Below, piece by piece: positions 29,201 through 35,896 of a stretch of DNA of 64,000 nt. Under the pieces are notes generated by a model. That model worked only from the letters and a program-made list of their open reading frames with translations, had not been told where the DNA came from and ran no database searches. The position numbers and the translations under genes were made by a program. Location of the stretch: the IMG/VR virus record IMGVR_UViG_3300042901_002277. The stretch is one strand, 5' to 3'. Each line of letters begins with the position of its first letter. The stretch's first letter is position 1. This DNA is from a virus.

Positions 29201-30946
29201 TGGTCGGTCAATTCCTCGGCTTGCAATCGCACGACCGATACGGCGGCCAAGTGCTTTTTCTTCTATTTGCTCAGAAGCTATTTTTTTTTTTAGAAATTCA
29301 TAAGCAGAAGATGCAGCTCTAGTTATAGCGTCCTTCGACTCTTCGCTGAGCGGTGAGTTAATCACGATTCCGTACTCGTTGACGGTTGTGTCAATTCTGT
29401 GGTAATCAAGAACTGGGTCAATTACCGACTTGAATTCAAAGGCGTCTTCAAGATTTACTGGAATGACGTATGACGAGTCTTGAGCCAAGAATGGGTCGAG
29501 ACCCTTTTCCTCAAGCTCTTGCTCCTCTACGCCCCACTCCTCAAGAGTCTTATAAGAGCGACGCTTTCTACGGCGCTTCTTCACCGTGTTACGCAAAACC
29601 CCAAGAATGAATTCTCCAGGGTACTTCGCTTCGATGTCCTCAACCATCTTGATTTCTTCGTCATCAAGAATGTCGTTGTATTCCTTCTTGCCAAATCCGA
29701 CAACAACTCCATCTGGGATGATTGCAAATCGGCACTTGCCCTCGTCTTCGACTTTAAGGCCAAGAATCTTGCACTTGCCTTCGCCTTGGTAGAGGACGCA
29801 ATTTGAGCACTTTACGCCGATGTCTTTTACTTTGTTCTCGGCAGGCGGGTAATATCCAGCCCAAATTCCATCACCATCTTCGTCAAACTTTCCGTACTTG
29901 CGAGCGATACGAACAAGCGATTCGGCAAGCTCGCTCTCTTCTGCACCAAGCTCTGGCTTTTTGTTCTTGTCAGAACCTTCGTACTCAACAGGCGCCAATG
30001 GAACCATGACCATTCCGCCATTAACTGGCTTCATTGCTACAGGCATTGCCATTGCAGGGTTATTTGTCGACGGCTTATTCGGTTTGCCCATAATCCCAGG
30101 CATTGGCGAAGGGCCAGACTGGACTGGCGGTTTTGCCTGTTCTGCGTGAATTAATTCTGGCTTGCCAAACATGTACTCGCTTCCAGTGAAGTGGTAACCA
30201 ATTCTGAATTTTCCTTTTCCTGGCTTCACAAAAACCACAGAGTTCTCAGTCGCTTCAACAACCATGACTGGTCCTGCGGCGCGGCGTGAAAGTTCGGCAA
30301 CCACTCCTGCAAGCTGTGGTCCACTTATTCTTTGTGAAACACCTTCGTCAAACAGTCCGTCTCGTCGTGGCTCTGATGATGGAGCGCTTATTGACATAGG
30401 CATCATCCCATGCATCTTCTCTTCATCGCTCTTTACGGAAATTGTTCCAGTTAGTTGGTTCGCGCCGTGAAGAACAGGGGAAACCTCGTAGAGTTCTACT
30501 TCGTAGAGAACGTTTGCTTGCAGGTTGTCGTCGTACTGCGCTCTAAGAGTCTTGTAGCCGATTGACCACTCTTGCTCTTCGCCAAAGAAAGCCACGTTCG
30601 CAAATGCTTCTTTGCCCTTTTCTGACTGCAGGTTGAATTGAACCTTTGCGTACAATCCGCCAATTCCAGCCATTTTCATCTTCATAGGAAGGCGTGGGTC
30701 GGAAGCAGGGACTTCGTATATTTCAAGGACCTTACCAATTGGGTCGTTCCAGTTGTGGCCCCATACAACACGTGGCTTACGACGCTGAAGGCTCTTAGCA
30801 AATGCACCAGTAGCGCAAATGTCACCAACAGAGTCTTTGTTGCCTATTCCGGAAACAAAACATTCAACAATTCCTTCAAGCTCATCTAGCTTGATGAGAC
30901 CATTCGAGGCCTTGTATTGAATGTTTCCGAAGTTAGAGTTTGGCAT
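20255..30946 (-). CDS. 3563-aa polyprotein: HK97-type prohead protease fused to multiple cargo domains
   Basis: Single open frame; RBS AAGGAG; domains listed separately. Confidence 0.9.
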   Translation of the reverse strand: MPNSNFGNIQYKASNGLIKLDELEGIVECFVSGIGNKDSVGDICATGAFAKSLQRRKPRVVWGHNWNDPIGKVLEIYEVPASDPRLPMKMKMAGIGGLYAKVQFNLQSEKGKEAFANVAFFGEEQEWSIGYKTLRAQYDDNLQANVLYEVELYEVSPVLHGANQLTGTISVKSDEEKMHGMMPMSISAPSSEPRRDGLFDEGVSQRISGPQLAGVVAELSRRAAGPVMVVEATENSVVFVKPGKGKFRIGYHFTGSEYMFGKPELIHAEQAKPPVQSGPSPMPGIMGKPNKPSTNNPAMAMPVAMKPVNGGMVMVPLAPVEYEGSDKNKKPELGAEESELAESLVRIARKYGKFDEDGDGIWAGYYPPAENKVKDIGVKCSNCVLYQGEGKCKILGLKVEDEGKCRFAIIPDGVVVGFGKKEYNDILDDEEIKMVEDIEAKYPGEFILGVLRNTVKKRRRKRRSYKTLEEWGVEEQELEEKGLDPFLAQDSSYVIPVNLEDAFEFKSVIDPVLDYHRIDTTVNEYGIVINSPLSEESKDAITRAASSAYEFLKKKIASEQIEEKALGRRIGRAIASRGIDRPNLGGKRGRRSRGSGINPPPGWDPRTVEDANLNSMVGDGTPWEQPDPTPSGPGSINSPKPSKRQMSQRAELADTEKLSSGKRNERRHADRSADMEKQFPNAEENQKRVDHEAIAKAWDEQGLGWEEVPRYNADNNLSSDYLRGREIGVNQARVMWNGDSVRKRPEKFNEKQKASQEYSNWYSSYAKSVSAYLDAHSRDDSDNWDGIESALRADVKSKYPDTQDWAKEDIATLNEYLNDIGLLDADTLKKKKKKKKKAGAGAAKGPDLQELRKLNSEGKLSSGNQFGSETERLAAWKPVLADLRALKSRVNGDEINDGPINGRARAYLGLMGELDEIIANALEERNLDLEGPTDKSRARFERLVNAGDWAQARFHMEGEIASVNEKRSKPVDDGKLSSGAIPDSAKQKRLIEAAESASARKPDGTETFAASVARQYRRNGKLSEKQWSTLDRMFGGAKPDSTPKTSTSKSPSAPFSGKRREIIDLADVPEYDYPNAPGGRKPTPEQSNAIDAMMTGDDVKISALAATGKTTTVINFAERLKDTEPSARALYLVFNANAKDDAGKRGMPDNVKVMTMDGVSYNAMRTINPEMTAKSFSKDSAYIKPIMRFVDRATYLGTRGTVDEGKELTAVDVYKRVAKAVDAFAISGDTEIGSQHFAGKYNGKMAVENPEIIAELLPFAKKMWEDMNTPRVAPKGSDSGKGMLPMTNMHVTKMWALTNPDIGDSEGVNVAMVDEAQDMNPVFAGILRNSNGIQRIYIGDTNQAINAWRGADGKTLADAYAKYDMPITDSFRFGKEIADRGNRFLNLLGRTERMNGRKTDKSGRPVDGRVGSISNPTMILTRSNGGGIAATLDSFEKGRTVYGSKNFKDDLSAFIDNIEYMTTSATGTGYFTDVDGKQNFGKPKESQDLDGITTLDEFNKAIEKKDNNRLNMLGKILDKYSFEELRDALDRVITDKAKLPKNRDEYVHIQTAHTSKGLESPRVLIWSDFRGPKKDDLGNVVFPDEQELRLSYVAVTRAEEELDLGSLGWIEKYDSDAEVSLSGLSSGRTDSDRPVPMDDREREMFNRNAAFIDILDDMLPEGESWDDWVFNEFVDADGTDEEKYESVYGPTTEQELIDYAKPERRSDASDQEYFESIYEEAAPIDKLQYVAENYKPAGAEYGSAEHQEAFKQKLSDSGLTSRFSSGMRKFDELDEIDKQQAAKNLADEIGRVIGGADSDPDFDYGFRKFIDDSGDYERGDNVDAIRDNYASFLVDAARDGDWQTLEDHDVDLSSLLEYTPEAHPDREMMLELDKDDREWADMMSEMRRDLSSDGSSEDEVERILDHWLYSSDSPKQEEYLDEYREQGDNYSDNFNRAAKAMYQDYLERLYDNRQDRNLSSGRISEEQESRISDREVFERRMAGESLAETAKALGMKREEVRQAEMRHMARERGTLQTPDFDDIEAYREDQARMAAEEAAELALNESIYLRRMGGESLAATAEALGMSREDIRTREQKHMQLMRSMDKEAKRWLDRDGAFSSGRKDYVSPLDDLEVGQRLSSGKLDEVYRSVQSNLIEQIEKIQESGDGKWEFPWHKTSLPKNVTNNNRPYSGINSVMLMFKQDAMGYDMPLWAGFNQWKKEGGTVRKGEKGTLILIPTIIPKKKDADGNEIRGSGGVFFKTGHVFNIDQIDGIDKEKFRVPELPEEERVAELEQALSEVGAVVNTGGDRAFYRPSTDEIHLPPFSAFKSREGYYAVFAHELMHWTGHPSRLNRDHLGEFGSPEYAQEELVAEIASAFFMAAHGLTPEPREDHAQYLAGWLKKLKSDPDAMKKAFGEAQKAHDYAISKSPSMSAKLGKKVAESGVLPGNNDGGYGDIGPSLSSGKREKYVRNPEGTIRTLADEMGAFGDELLTRFDMARGGRINDRHYFVGRADFEESRASDNEWDITEGENGLWSAALLRLEFNEDSDRDWAGVVSDEYDSPEDVARWISDYEDTRKAWAKKFKEETDFEKISSMLDEETARRDAEYQDSIRIVNERYDRQQYTRMIAEIDESRLEWSAEDWADEASDIRMELARENGRLSSGVRSRYDETPVETIGTVSNALKRTDEAGSNSRYIASRLAPVPADKYDFDSIRRNGESVSFTYGGKPRTIYPTGMMAKKGGGIYVVGLDDDQGQYRSYSLHKIEGLVDGADAPYNPTQPGVPRGTPGARAQRTRNVTSGRLSSGRIRPLDEVRAEIEDDARYESMVVQNAFGGRLGTEKKGEFRVTIPLEDHAEAVQSLDRLVALRNDLLRSLLDGKRMPAGSSIFEIDKYAPVAEDEMDLLVDIDDAIDRIHDELRRTEETLSGLNDEIEDMKGSISELEDAFRTTTRMGARDIPGPVDFESAMERNIDLADGDNERAIDLIKSDADSIIYALEEIDDVEDRFSTVTHEEQIAEIKELIDSADRGDLTPQEFASKLGDLYVKNVNGLEDELSDLFSTQTFFEDNGVAIDREDITGTPDDVFSPRNLSNFDMVEGDAAEFSSGRRNRTQGSKRRPMADADRQAFADGVRQRAATIPSKRRPGPSKDEFGTDRLSSGRLRFPNSETRNSVGNYLQDKVKIKFGKMSGNNDRSPDGKWMLDAKKLEQILRDEDGNPLDREQSAKFLGVSEIELEKMFQDGAGISEIDAYEFIDRAFFNGRDPGRSYETLEAVWGFDAAPYWYDRRRGNQLSRAEYEDYKEEGIAMYPLYAPIDFELPEEFVAREVSKSAFPVSALAESFGVESDDDLAEAITFEVDGEEIKPTAIQLKKWKKEGVPTSIIEQLVDKGIIPSAGDVFGEEGVKFDNSIRQFDLWKNITDTLARRGKRVKGRELDEVIGATKVQTRLKAFEEGKEGKFSKNTGKALRYSDDEVQVIVDRLNTMFDTDETVESIKSGGSLSSGRRAARRISNTGQEAVEKLASGRKNNGAPENITPRMQNEIMGWAENATWSNFAQSLVSQFKAQGFLSPTQWTSLLRLHDNSKSRR
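22715..22870 (-). other. WYL-like domain within polyprotein
   Basis: VSFTYGGKPRTIYP...GIYVVGLD...YRSYSLHKI matches WYL pattern Y..R.V.P...YL.A.D...R.FRL.RI. Confidence 0.65.
23720..24575 (-). other. ArdC-like module (ssDNA-binding ArdC-N/DUF1738 + zincin metallopeptidase) within polyprotein
   Basis: PW...N...RPYSGIN, FNQW...VRKGEKG, VFNIDQ, AFYRPSTDEIHLP, AHELMHWTGHPSRLNR, YAQEELVAE, HAQYL-GW. Confidence 0.93.
24710..25040 (-). other. Two sigma70 region-4-like HTH domains within polyprotein
   Basis: RRMAGESLAETAKALGMKREEVRQAEMRHM and RRMGGESLAATAEALGMSREDIRTREQKHM. Confidence 0.7.
26130..27705 (-). other. SF1 (UvrD/Rep-like) helicase domain within polyprotein
   Basis: PTPEQ, ATGKTTT, VDEAQD, GDTNQAINAWRGA, SFRFG, TAHTSKGLE, YVAVTRA. 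Confidence 0.92.
30430..30946 (-). other. Prohead (maturation) protease domain, HK97 gp4/S78 type
   Basis: DSVGD...GAF..SL, VVWGHNW-PIG (His), EWSIGY (Ser), LYEVSPVLHGAN. Confidence 0.92.
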
Positions 30947-30973
30947 AGCGCTCCTTGGTTACAAACGATATTA

Positions 30974-31001
30974 GAGTAACAACGAGCGCGCTCACAGCAA
31001 G
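30974..31001 (-). promoter_or_regulatory. Putative sigmaA-type promoter of the polyprotein gene
   Basis: TTGCTG-16 nt-TACTCT with TG extension. Confidence 0.5.
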
Positions 31002-31022
31002 TATTGGTACAAAATCAAATAG

Positions 31023-31061
31023 TTTCAGTAAACGATTTGGAAATCTGTTGTTTTACTGAAA
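31023..31061. repeat. Inverted repeat between portal and polyprotein genes
   Basis: TTTCAGTAAA...TTTACTGAAA with inner GATTT/AAATC. Confidence 0.6.
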
Positions 31062-31065
31062 GTCC

Positions 31066-33141
31066 CTAAATGAACTGGCCAAACTTCCACGCTCTTCGCG
31101 ATTCGTCTTCTGCAATTTCAAATCTTTGCTTAGCCATGAGGTTCGCATACATGCTTACAAGCGCACCACGGAAAGATGCTGCTCTCTCCTCTTCGCCCAT
31201 GACAGCCAATGAGTTAAACATCATTGAGGAAACCTGGTTAAAGTTTTCAAGATTCATACTCTTTATGCGCGACATTTGCGAATCAATCTGAGCGTTGAGG
31301 TCCGACTGATTTATACTCTTTTCCGACTTCTGACCGTACCCATCGTTATACATATTGAACGAGTCCTGGATAATTGCAGAAATGACAGGCCTTATATCCT
31401 CGTCCATCTGCTTGTCCCATACCTCGGGGGAGAGTATGGAGTCGATTTCTAGGGTCCCAGCAAACAGTGACTTCTTTGCCTTTGAGCCGCTTGCCTTTTC
31501 AAGAACCACTCTTTGTTGTCTCTCAATAACCCGTTCGATACTTCTGTTGAGTATCTCGTTCCACCTAGTCAGTGACTCTGTGCTTTTTACCTGTAGCTCA
31601 CTCTCGATTGACTTATACATCATCTCTCCAGATGGCACAGATGCCGCTCCAGCCGGTATCGGCTCGGCGGTGGTAGCAACAGCAGCAAGCGCCTCTGGTG
31701 GGATTGTGCTTTGTGCCAGCTGGTCTGGGGCTGGGGTTTCGACTTGAGCCAATGCTCCCTGCATGGTGTTCGGGTCAAGCGGTGGTTGTCCATCCACCCC
31801 AGGAACTGGGGCGTCTGGTGCTGGTGCGCCTGGCATAGGCTCTCCCGGCATTGGCGCTCCCGGCATTGGTGGTCCACCCATTTCTGCCGATGGAGCAGTT
31901 TCCATCTTTTTCTTTGTATTCGCGATTGGAATAAGGTTAGGGTTCATGAGCAGAGAGTCCGCAAGGTCTGCTTCAACTTCTTTTCTTCCAGAACCCATTC
32001 TGTACTCGTTATTGCTGATAAGGCCAGTTTGAAATTCCTGCATCAGGTATCTTTCACGCTCTTGCTTGTAGAGCTGAAGAATTGGAACTTCGCTTGTATC
32101 GAAGTCGATGTAGTACTCATCGTCTAGTTCGTCTAGAGAACGCGCTAGTGGTTCAAGGTGTGGAAGCATGGTTTCCATCCAGAACACGCGGATTTCTTCG
32201 CTTGCGTTACTGAATGTTCTTCCTGCAGCGTTTCCGATTACAGACTCTGGGACGCCGAATGATGCAAGAATTTCTTCTTTTGTAATCTGTCTCATTTGTG
32301 CGTAAGCAACGTCTCTCGGCGAAGCAGATGTGTCTACATAGTCAACACCATCGTCAGCAGAGATAACCGTCGTATGACCCGCTCTTCCGATGTTCCCACG
32401 GAATCTGCTCTTTAATTCTTCCTTGTCATCGTCTTCGATTTCTCCACGCAAAACGAGCAGGCCACCAGGTCTTCCGTCGTTGAGTAGATAGTTTCTGTTG
32501 TATAGCTTTGCAAGATTTTCAATTTCAATTGCAACGCCAGCCGACTCAAGAGGGGTGAGTGACAAATATGGGTCAAGAGGGTGAGGTCTTCTAATCCAGC
32601 AAACATCCTCTGGTTTCATTATGATTTTTTGACCGTAAGGCATTTGCACTTCGTACCCAGACACAAACTTCTTTGCATCTGGGATTGGTGCTGTTGATTG
32701 AGGAGGCAAAAGGTTGAGACCAATTATTCTTCCGTCTCTTCCACGAACCTTTTCAATGAATACACCGCGTGTACCAAGCAAAAGTTGAGCGGACATTCTG
32801 TATCTGAAGATAAAAGAGTTTTCACCAACGTTTGATTTGGTGTTCAGAACTTCAAGCAAAGAGTTGTTTTTTGCTCTATTCCCAACAAGAATTTCTCCAT
32901 CTGGAGAGTTGTCCTTGCGAAGAATAATTGGTAGTCGTGCTTGATTTCCTGCAATCGCATCGATGCATCGTGCAACCCAAGTGACCTTCTGCATTCCTTC
33001 GCGGTATGCACGCTCGACATCCCATGAGTCTCTATACGGTCTTCCTGCATAGCTTGGGTTCTGCGCTATAGGCGCGCCAGGGCCTAGTTCCTTGGATTGT
33101 GCGTTTGAGAGCGACTTATTGCTCGATTGATTCCATGCCAT
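31066..33141 (-). CDS. Portal protein, HK97 family, with C-terminal extension
   Basis: WVARCIDAIA--ARLP, LTPLESA, NDGRPGGLL, EILASFGVPESVIG, TFSNA, GLISNNEYR. Confidence 0.92.
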   Translation of the reverse strand: MAWNQSSNKSLSNAQSKELGPGAPIAQNPSYAGRPYRDSWDVERAYREGMQKVTWVARCIDAIAGNQARLPIILRKDNSPDGEILVGNRAKNNSLLEVLNTKSNVGENSFIFRYRMSAQLLLGTRGVFIEKVRGRDGRIIGLNLLPPQSTAPIPDAKKFVSGYEVQMPYGQKIIMKPEDVCWIRRPHPLDPYLSLTPLESAGVAIEIENLAKLYNRNYLLNDGRPGGLLVLRGEIEDDDKEELKSRFRGNIGRAGHTTVISADDGVDYVDTSASPRDVAYAQMRQITKEEILASFGVPESVIGNAAGRTFSNASEEIRVFWMETMLPHLEPLARSLDELDDEYYIDFDTSEVPILQLYKQERERYLMQEFQTGLISNNEYRMGSGRKEVEADLADSLLMNPNLIPIANTKKKMETAPSAEMGGPPMPGAPMPGEPMPGAPAPDAPVPGVDGQPPLDPNTMQGALAQVETPAPDQLAQSTIPPEALAAVATTAEPIPAGAASVPSGEMMYKSIESELQVKSTESLTRWNEILNRSIERVIERQQRVVLEKASGSKAKKSLFAGTLEIDSILSPEVWDKQMDEDIRPVISAIIQDSFNMYNDGYGQKSEKSINQSDLNAQIDSQMSRIKSMNLENFNQVSSMMFNSLAVMGEEERAASFRGALVSMYANLMAKQRFEIAEDESRRAWKFGQFI

Positions 33142-33143
33142 AT

Positions 33144-33344
33144 TTACTCAAGACCTAATAGGAAGCCGAAAAAACCACAAGTTATGCCTGCCACTATCAA
33201 TCCGGCAGGTAAGAAAATAAGTGCCGCACCAATACTGGTAAACAGTATAAATGAAATCATAAGCAAGTTGGCGAACGTAGTGCGTTTAAATAAGGATTTG
33301 ATGCTTGCTGGTAGGTTTTTTAATTTAGACAGTAATTTTGACAT
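33144..33344 (-). CDS. Small two-helix membrane protein upstream of portal
   Basis: 66 aa from ATG 33344; TACTGT 7 nt upstream suggests a leaderless start. Confidence 0.65.
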   Translation of the reverse strand: MSKLLSKLKNLPASIKSLFKRTTFANLLMISFILFTSIGAALIFLPAGLIVAGITCGFFGFLLGLE

Positions 33345-33397
33345 ATCACCTACAGTAGCGCATTCCGTGCTTAACTGTATCAAGAGGCAAATTAAAT

Positions 33398-34705
33398 ATG
33401 ACAACAAATTGGAATCAGGTTCTGGAGTACCTTCAGCCGAAGATGCCGCCTTTCTGCCCAGAAGAGCCGTCAATAAATCAGAAAGTTTTTTTGCGGACCA
33501 ACTCCATTGAGGCTTTATTCGGTGGTGCGGCTGGCGGTGGAAAGTCTTCTGCGCTTCTTATGTCTGCTTTGCAGTATGTAGATGTCCCCAATTATTCCGC
33601 GATTCTCTTCAGACGAACATTTGCCGACTTGTCACTCCCTGGAGCTTTGATGGACCGTTTTAAGTCATGGGCGGCTCTTTATGACGACATCCACTGGAAC
33701 AACAACAGCTTCCAAGCAACGTTCCCGTCAGGGGCAAGAGTCTCGTTCGGTTACTTGAACAACACCGGCGACTATCTTCGCTACAAGGGTTCGGAATTCC
33801 AATTTATCGGCATGGACGAAGTAACTGAAATCCGTGAAAGCGATTACAGGTACATGTTCTCCCGTCTGCGTCGACCGGCATCTGGACCTCTTTCTTCGGT
33901 CCCCTTGCGAATGCGTTCGGCCTCAAACCCTGCCCCCAATTGGGTTAGACAGCGTTTCATCGTTGAAGGAAAAACCGAGGGCAGAATCTTCGTCCCTTCA
34001 AAATTGACAGATAACCCGGGAATTGACGCCGTTTCATACCGCCAAGCCCTTCAGGCTCTTGACCCAATTGAAAGACGCAGATTGGAAGAAGGAGACTGGT
34101 GGAGCACGACTTTGGGAACCCTGTTCGATAGGACCTCAATAGTCATCGTTGACGATAATGAAATCCCTCAAATAACATCGTCTGCCAGAGCCGTGAGGTT
34201 TTGGGACCTTGCAGCCACGGAGCCAAATCACTCCAACCCCAACCCGGACTGGACGGTTGGAACGCTGATGCTTTTTGACCAAGGAATCGCCTACGTTTTG
34301 GATGTGAAGAAGGCTCGGGTAAGAGGGGAAAAGGTAGAAGAACTTATAGCCAGAACGGCCTACGAGGACGGCAAGGGTGTGCCGATTCGGATGGAACAAG
34401 AGCCTGGTTCATCGGGCAAGGCGCTCATGGACCAATACGCTAGATATGTTGTTCCAGGCTACGATTTTGGGGCAATTCGGTCAACTGGCGACAAGGTGAC
34501 CAGAGCAAGACCATTTGCCGCTGCGGCAGCCAACGGCAACGTTCGTGTGGTCCGAGGAACATGGCTGTCGGACTGGCTTGACGAATTTTCCTCATTTCCA
34601 GAGGCTTGCGACCACGACGACCAAGTTGACTCTGCGGTTGGAGCTTTTACGCATTTAACAGGGCTCGGGTTGCCACAGCGAGGAAGAATCGCTATAGTCG
34701 TGTGA
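33398..34705 (+). CDS. terL: Terminase large subunit
   Basis: FGGAAGGGKS (Walker A), GMDEVTE (Walker B), SNP, DNP, FWDLAAT, HDDQVDS. Confidence 0.95.
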   Translation: MTTNWNQVLEYLQPKMPPFCPEEPSINQKVFLRTNSIEALFGGAAGGGKSSALLMSALQYVDVPNYSAILFRRTFADLSLPGALMDRFKSWAALYDDIHWNNNSFQATFPSGARVSFGYLNNTGDYLRYKGSEFQFIGMDEVTEIRESDYRYMFSRLRRPASGPLSSVPLRMRSASNPAPNWVRQRFIVEGKTEGRIFVPSKLTDNPGIDAVSYRQALQALDPIERRRLEEGDWWSTTLGTLFDRTSIVIVDDNEIPQITSSARAVRFWDLAATEPNHSNPNPDWTVGTLMLFDQGIAYVLDVKKARVRGEKVEELIARTAYEDGKGVPIRMEQEPGSSGKALMDQYARYVVPGYDFGAIRSTGDKVTRARPFAAAAANGNVRVVRGTWLSDWLDEFSSFPEACDHDDQVDSAVGAFTHLTGLGLPQRGRIAIVV

Positions 34706-34740
34706 GATAACTATCCAAACCTAATAAGGAAACTACTAAC

Positions 34741-35244
34741 ATGAAACCAGAAAGAATACTTGAAGTTCGTCAATACCTGCTTGCCCTTGGTCAAGAGCTT
34801 GATGAATACATCAACTCAAACCCAGAGACGCAAGACGCTTGCGACATTCTCTACGAAATGAACATGGTCAAACGAGATATCTCAACCGTTTACGATTCTT
34901 TCTCAGTATCCGTTGGACAACTAATCGCTGATGGAAAGAACATCCAATTAGGCAACGGCGGTGTGATTGAAAAGAAAAGTTCTTATGAGCGCCGTGCATG
35001 GCAACACAAAGACCTCGCAAGTGTTGTTGCTCAGAAACTCGTAAGAATGTCTGTCGACATTGATACTGGGGAAATAATCAAATCCCCTGAAGAGATTGCA
35101 ATGCAGGTTCTCGATTACGTTCAACCTTCGTACTGGAGAGTAAAAGAACTTTCTAGTCTTGGAATCAATGTGGACAATTACTGCGAAACAGGTGTACTAA
35201 AAACAAGCATTATCGTCAGAAAGGGCGACGCAAATGACAAATAA
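34741..35244 (+). CDS. Hypothetical protein
   Basis: 167-aa ORF with RBS AAGGA. Confidence 0.75.
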   Translation: MKPERILEVRQYLLALGQELDEYINSNPETQDACDILYEMNMVKRDISTVYDSFSVSVGQLIADGKNIQLGNGGVIEKKSSYERRAWQHKDLASVVAQKLVRMSVDIDTGEIIKSPEEIAMQVLDYVQPSYWRVKELSSLGINVDNYCETGVLKTSIIVRKGDANDK

Positions 35245-35896
35245 CAACATCTATCAGACTCTGTCCGAACCATTCCCAGCGGAGATGGAGAAGAGGCTTA
35301 ACAAGGGTGGGGCAAATCTCATCTACATTCCTGTCAGCGAAGTAATCAACAGAATGAACAAGGTTCTTGGCGTTGAGAACTGGTCGTTCACTGTTCATAG
35401 CTGGCAACAACTTGGGACTTCGATTGTTGCGCATATACAACTCCAGGCAAAAATTAATGGCGAAACTGTTCATCGCGATGGTGTTGGTGGGCAAAAAATC
35501 AAACTGAACAAACAGGGTGAACCAGTTGATATTGGCGACGAAGTTAAAGGTGCAGTTTCTGACGCTTTGAAGAAAGCAGTCCAAACACTCGGCGTTGGTC
35601 TTTACCTTGCACGAAGTGAAGAAGCAATTGAAATTGAACAAGTCATGGACAGCGAACTAGAAGCAGAGGCACGTGTGACACCTGGAGTTTCAACTAAGTG
35701 GGATGGTTTCATGGGTATTGCAAAGAGTCTTTCTCCAGAGAATAGAGAAAAGCTCAATGAGTACTGGAGCACTTACAGTAATGGACAACCAAAACCAAAG
35801 CGTGAAACAGTGACCGAAGATGCTCTTGATAAGTTGATTGCAGAAGCAACTCGTCTTTCATTCGGCGGAGACTATGTGGTTGTAGATGACAAGTGA
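35234..35896 (+). CDS. Rad52/Rad22-family (Sak-like) single-strand annealing protein
   Basis: LSEPFP, YIPVSEVINRMNKVLG--NW, KGAVSDALKKAVQTLGVGLYL. Confidence 0.88.
   Translation: MTNNNIYQTLSEPFPAEMEKRLNKGGANLIYIPVSEVINRMNKVLGVENWSFTVHSWQQLGTSIVAHIQLQAKINGETVHRDGVGGQKIKLNKQGEPVDIGDEVKGAVSDALKKAVQTLGVGLYLARSEEAIEIEQVMDSELEAEARVTPGVSTKWDGFMGIAKSLSPENREKLNEYWSTYSNGQPKPKRETVTEDALDKLIAEATRLSFGGDYVVVDDK

Noticed and set aside
20255-30946. SSG motifs as a DNA repeat (recurring CCAGAAGAAAG) or as intein boundaries
   Set aside because: Codons vary synonymously (TCN and AGY), and no C...HN intein ends or LAGLIDADG motifs were seen.
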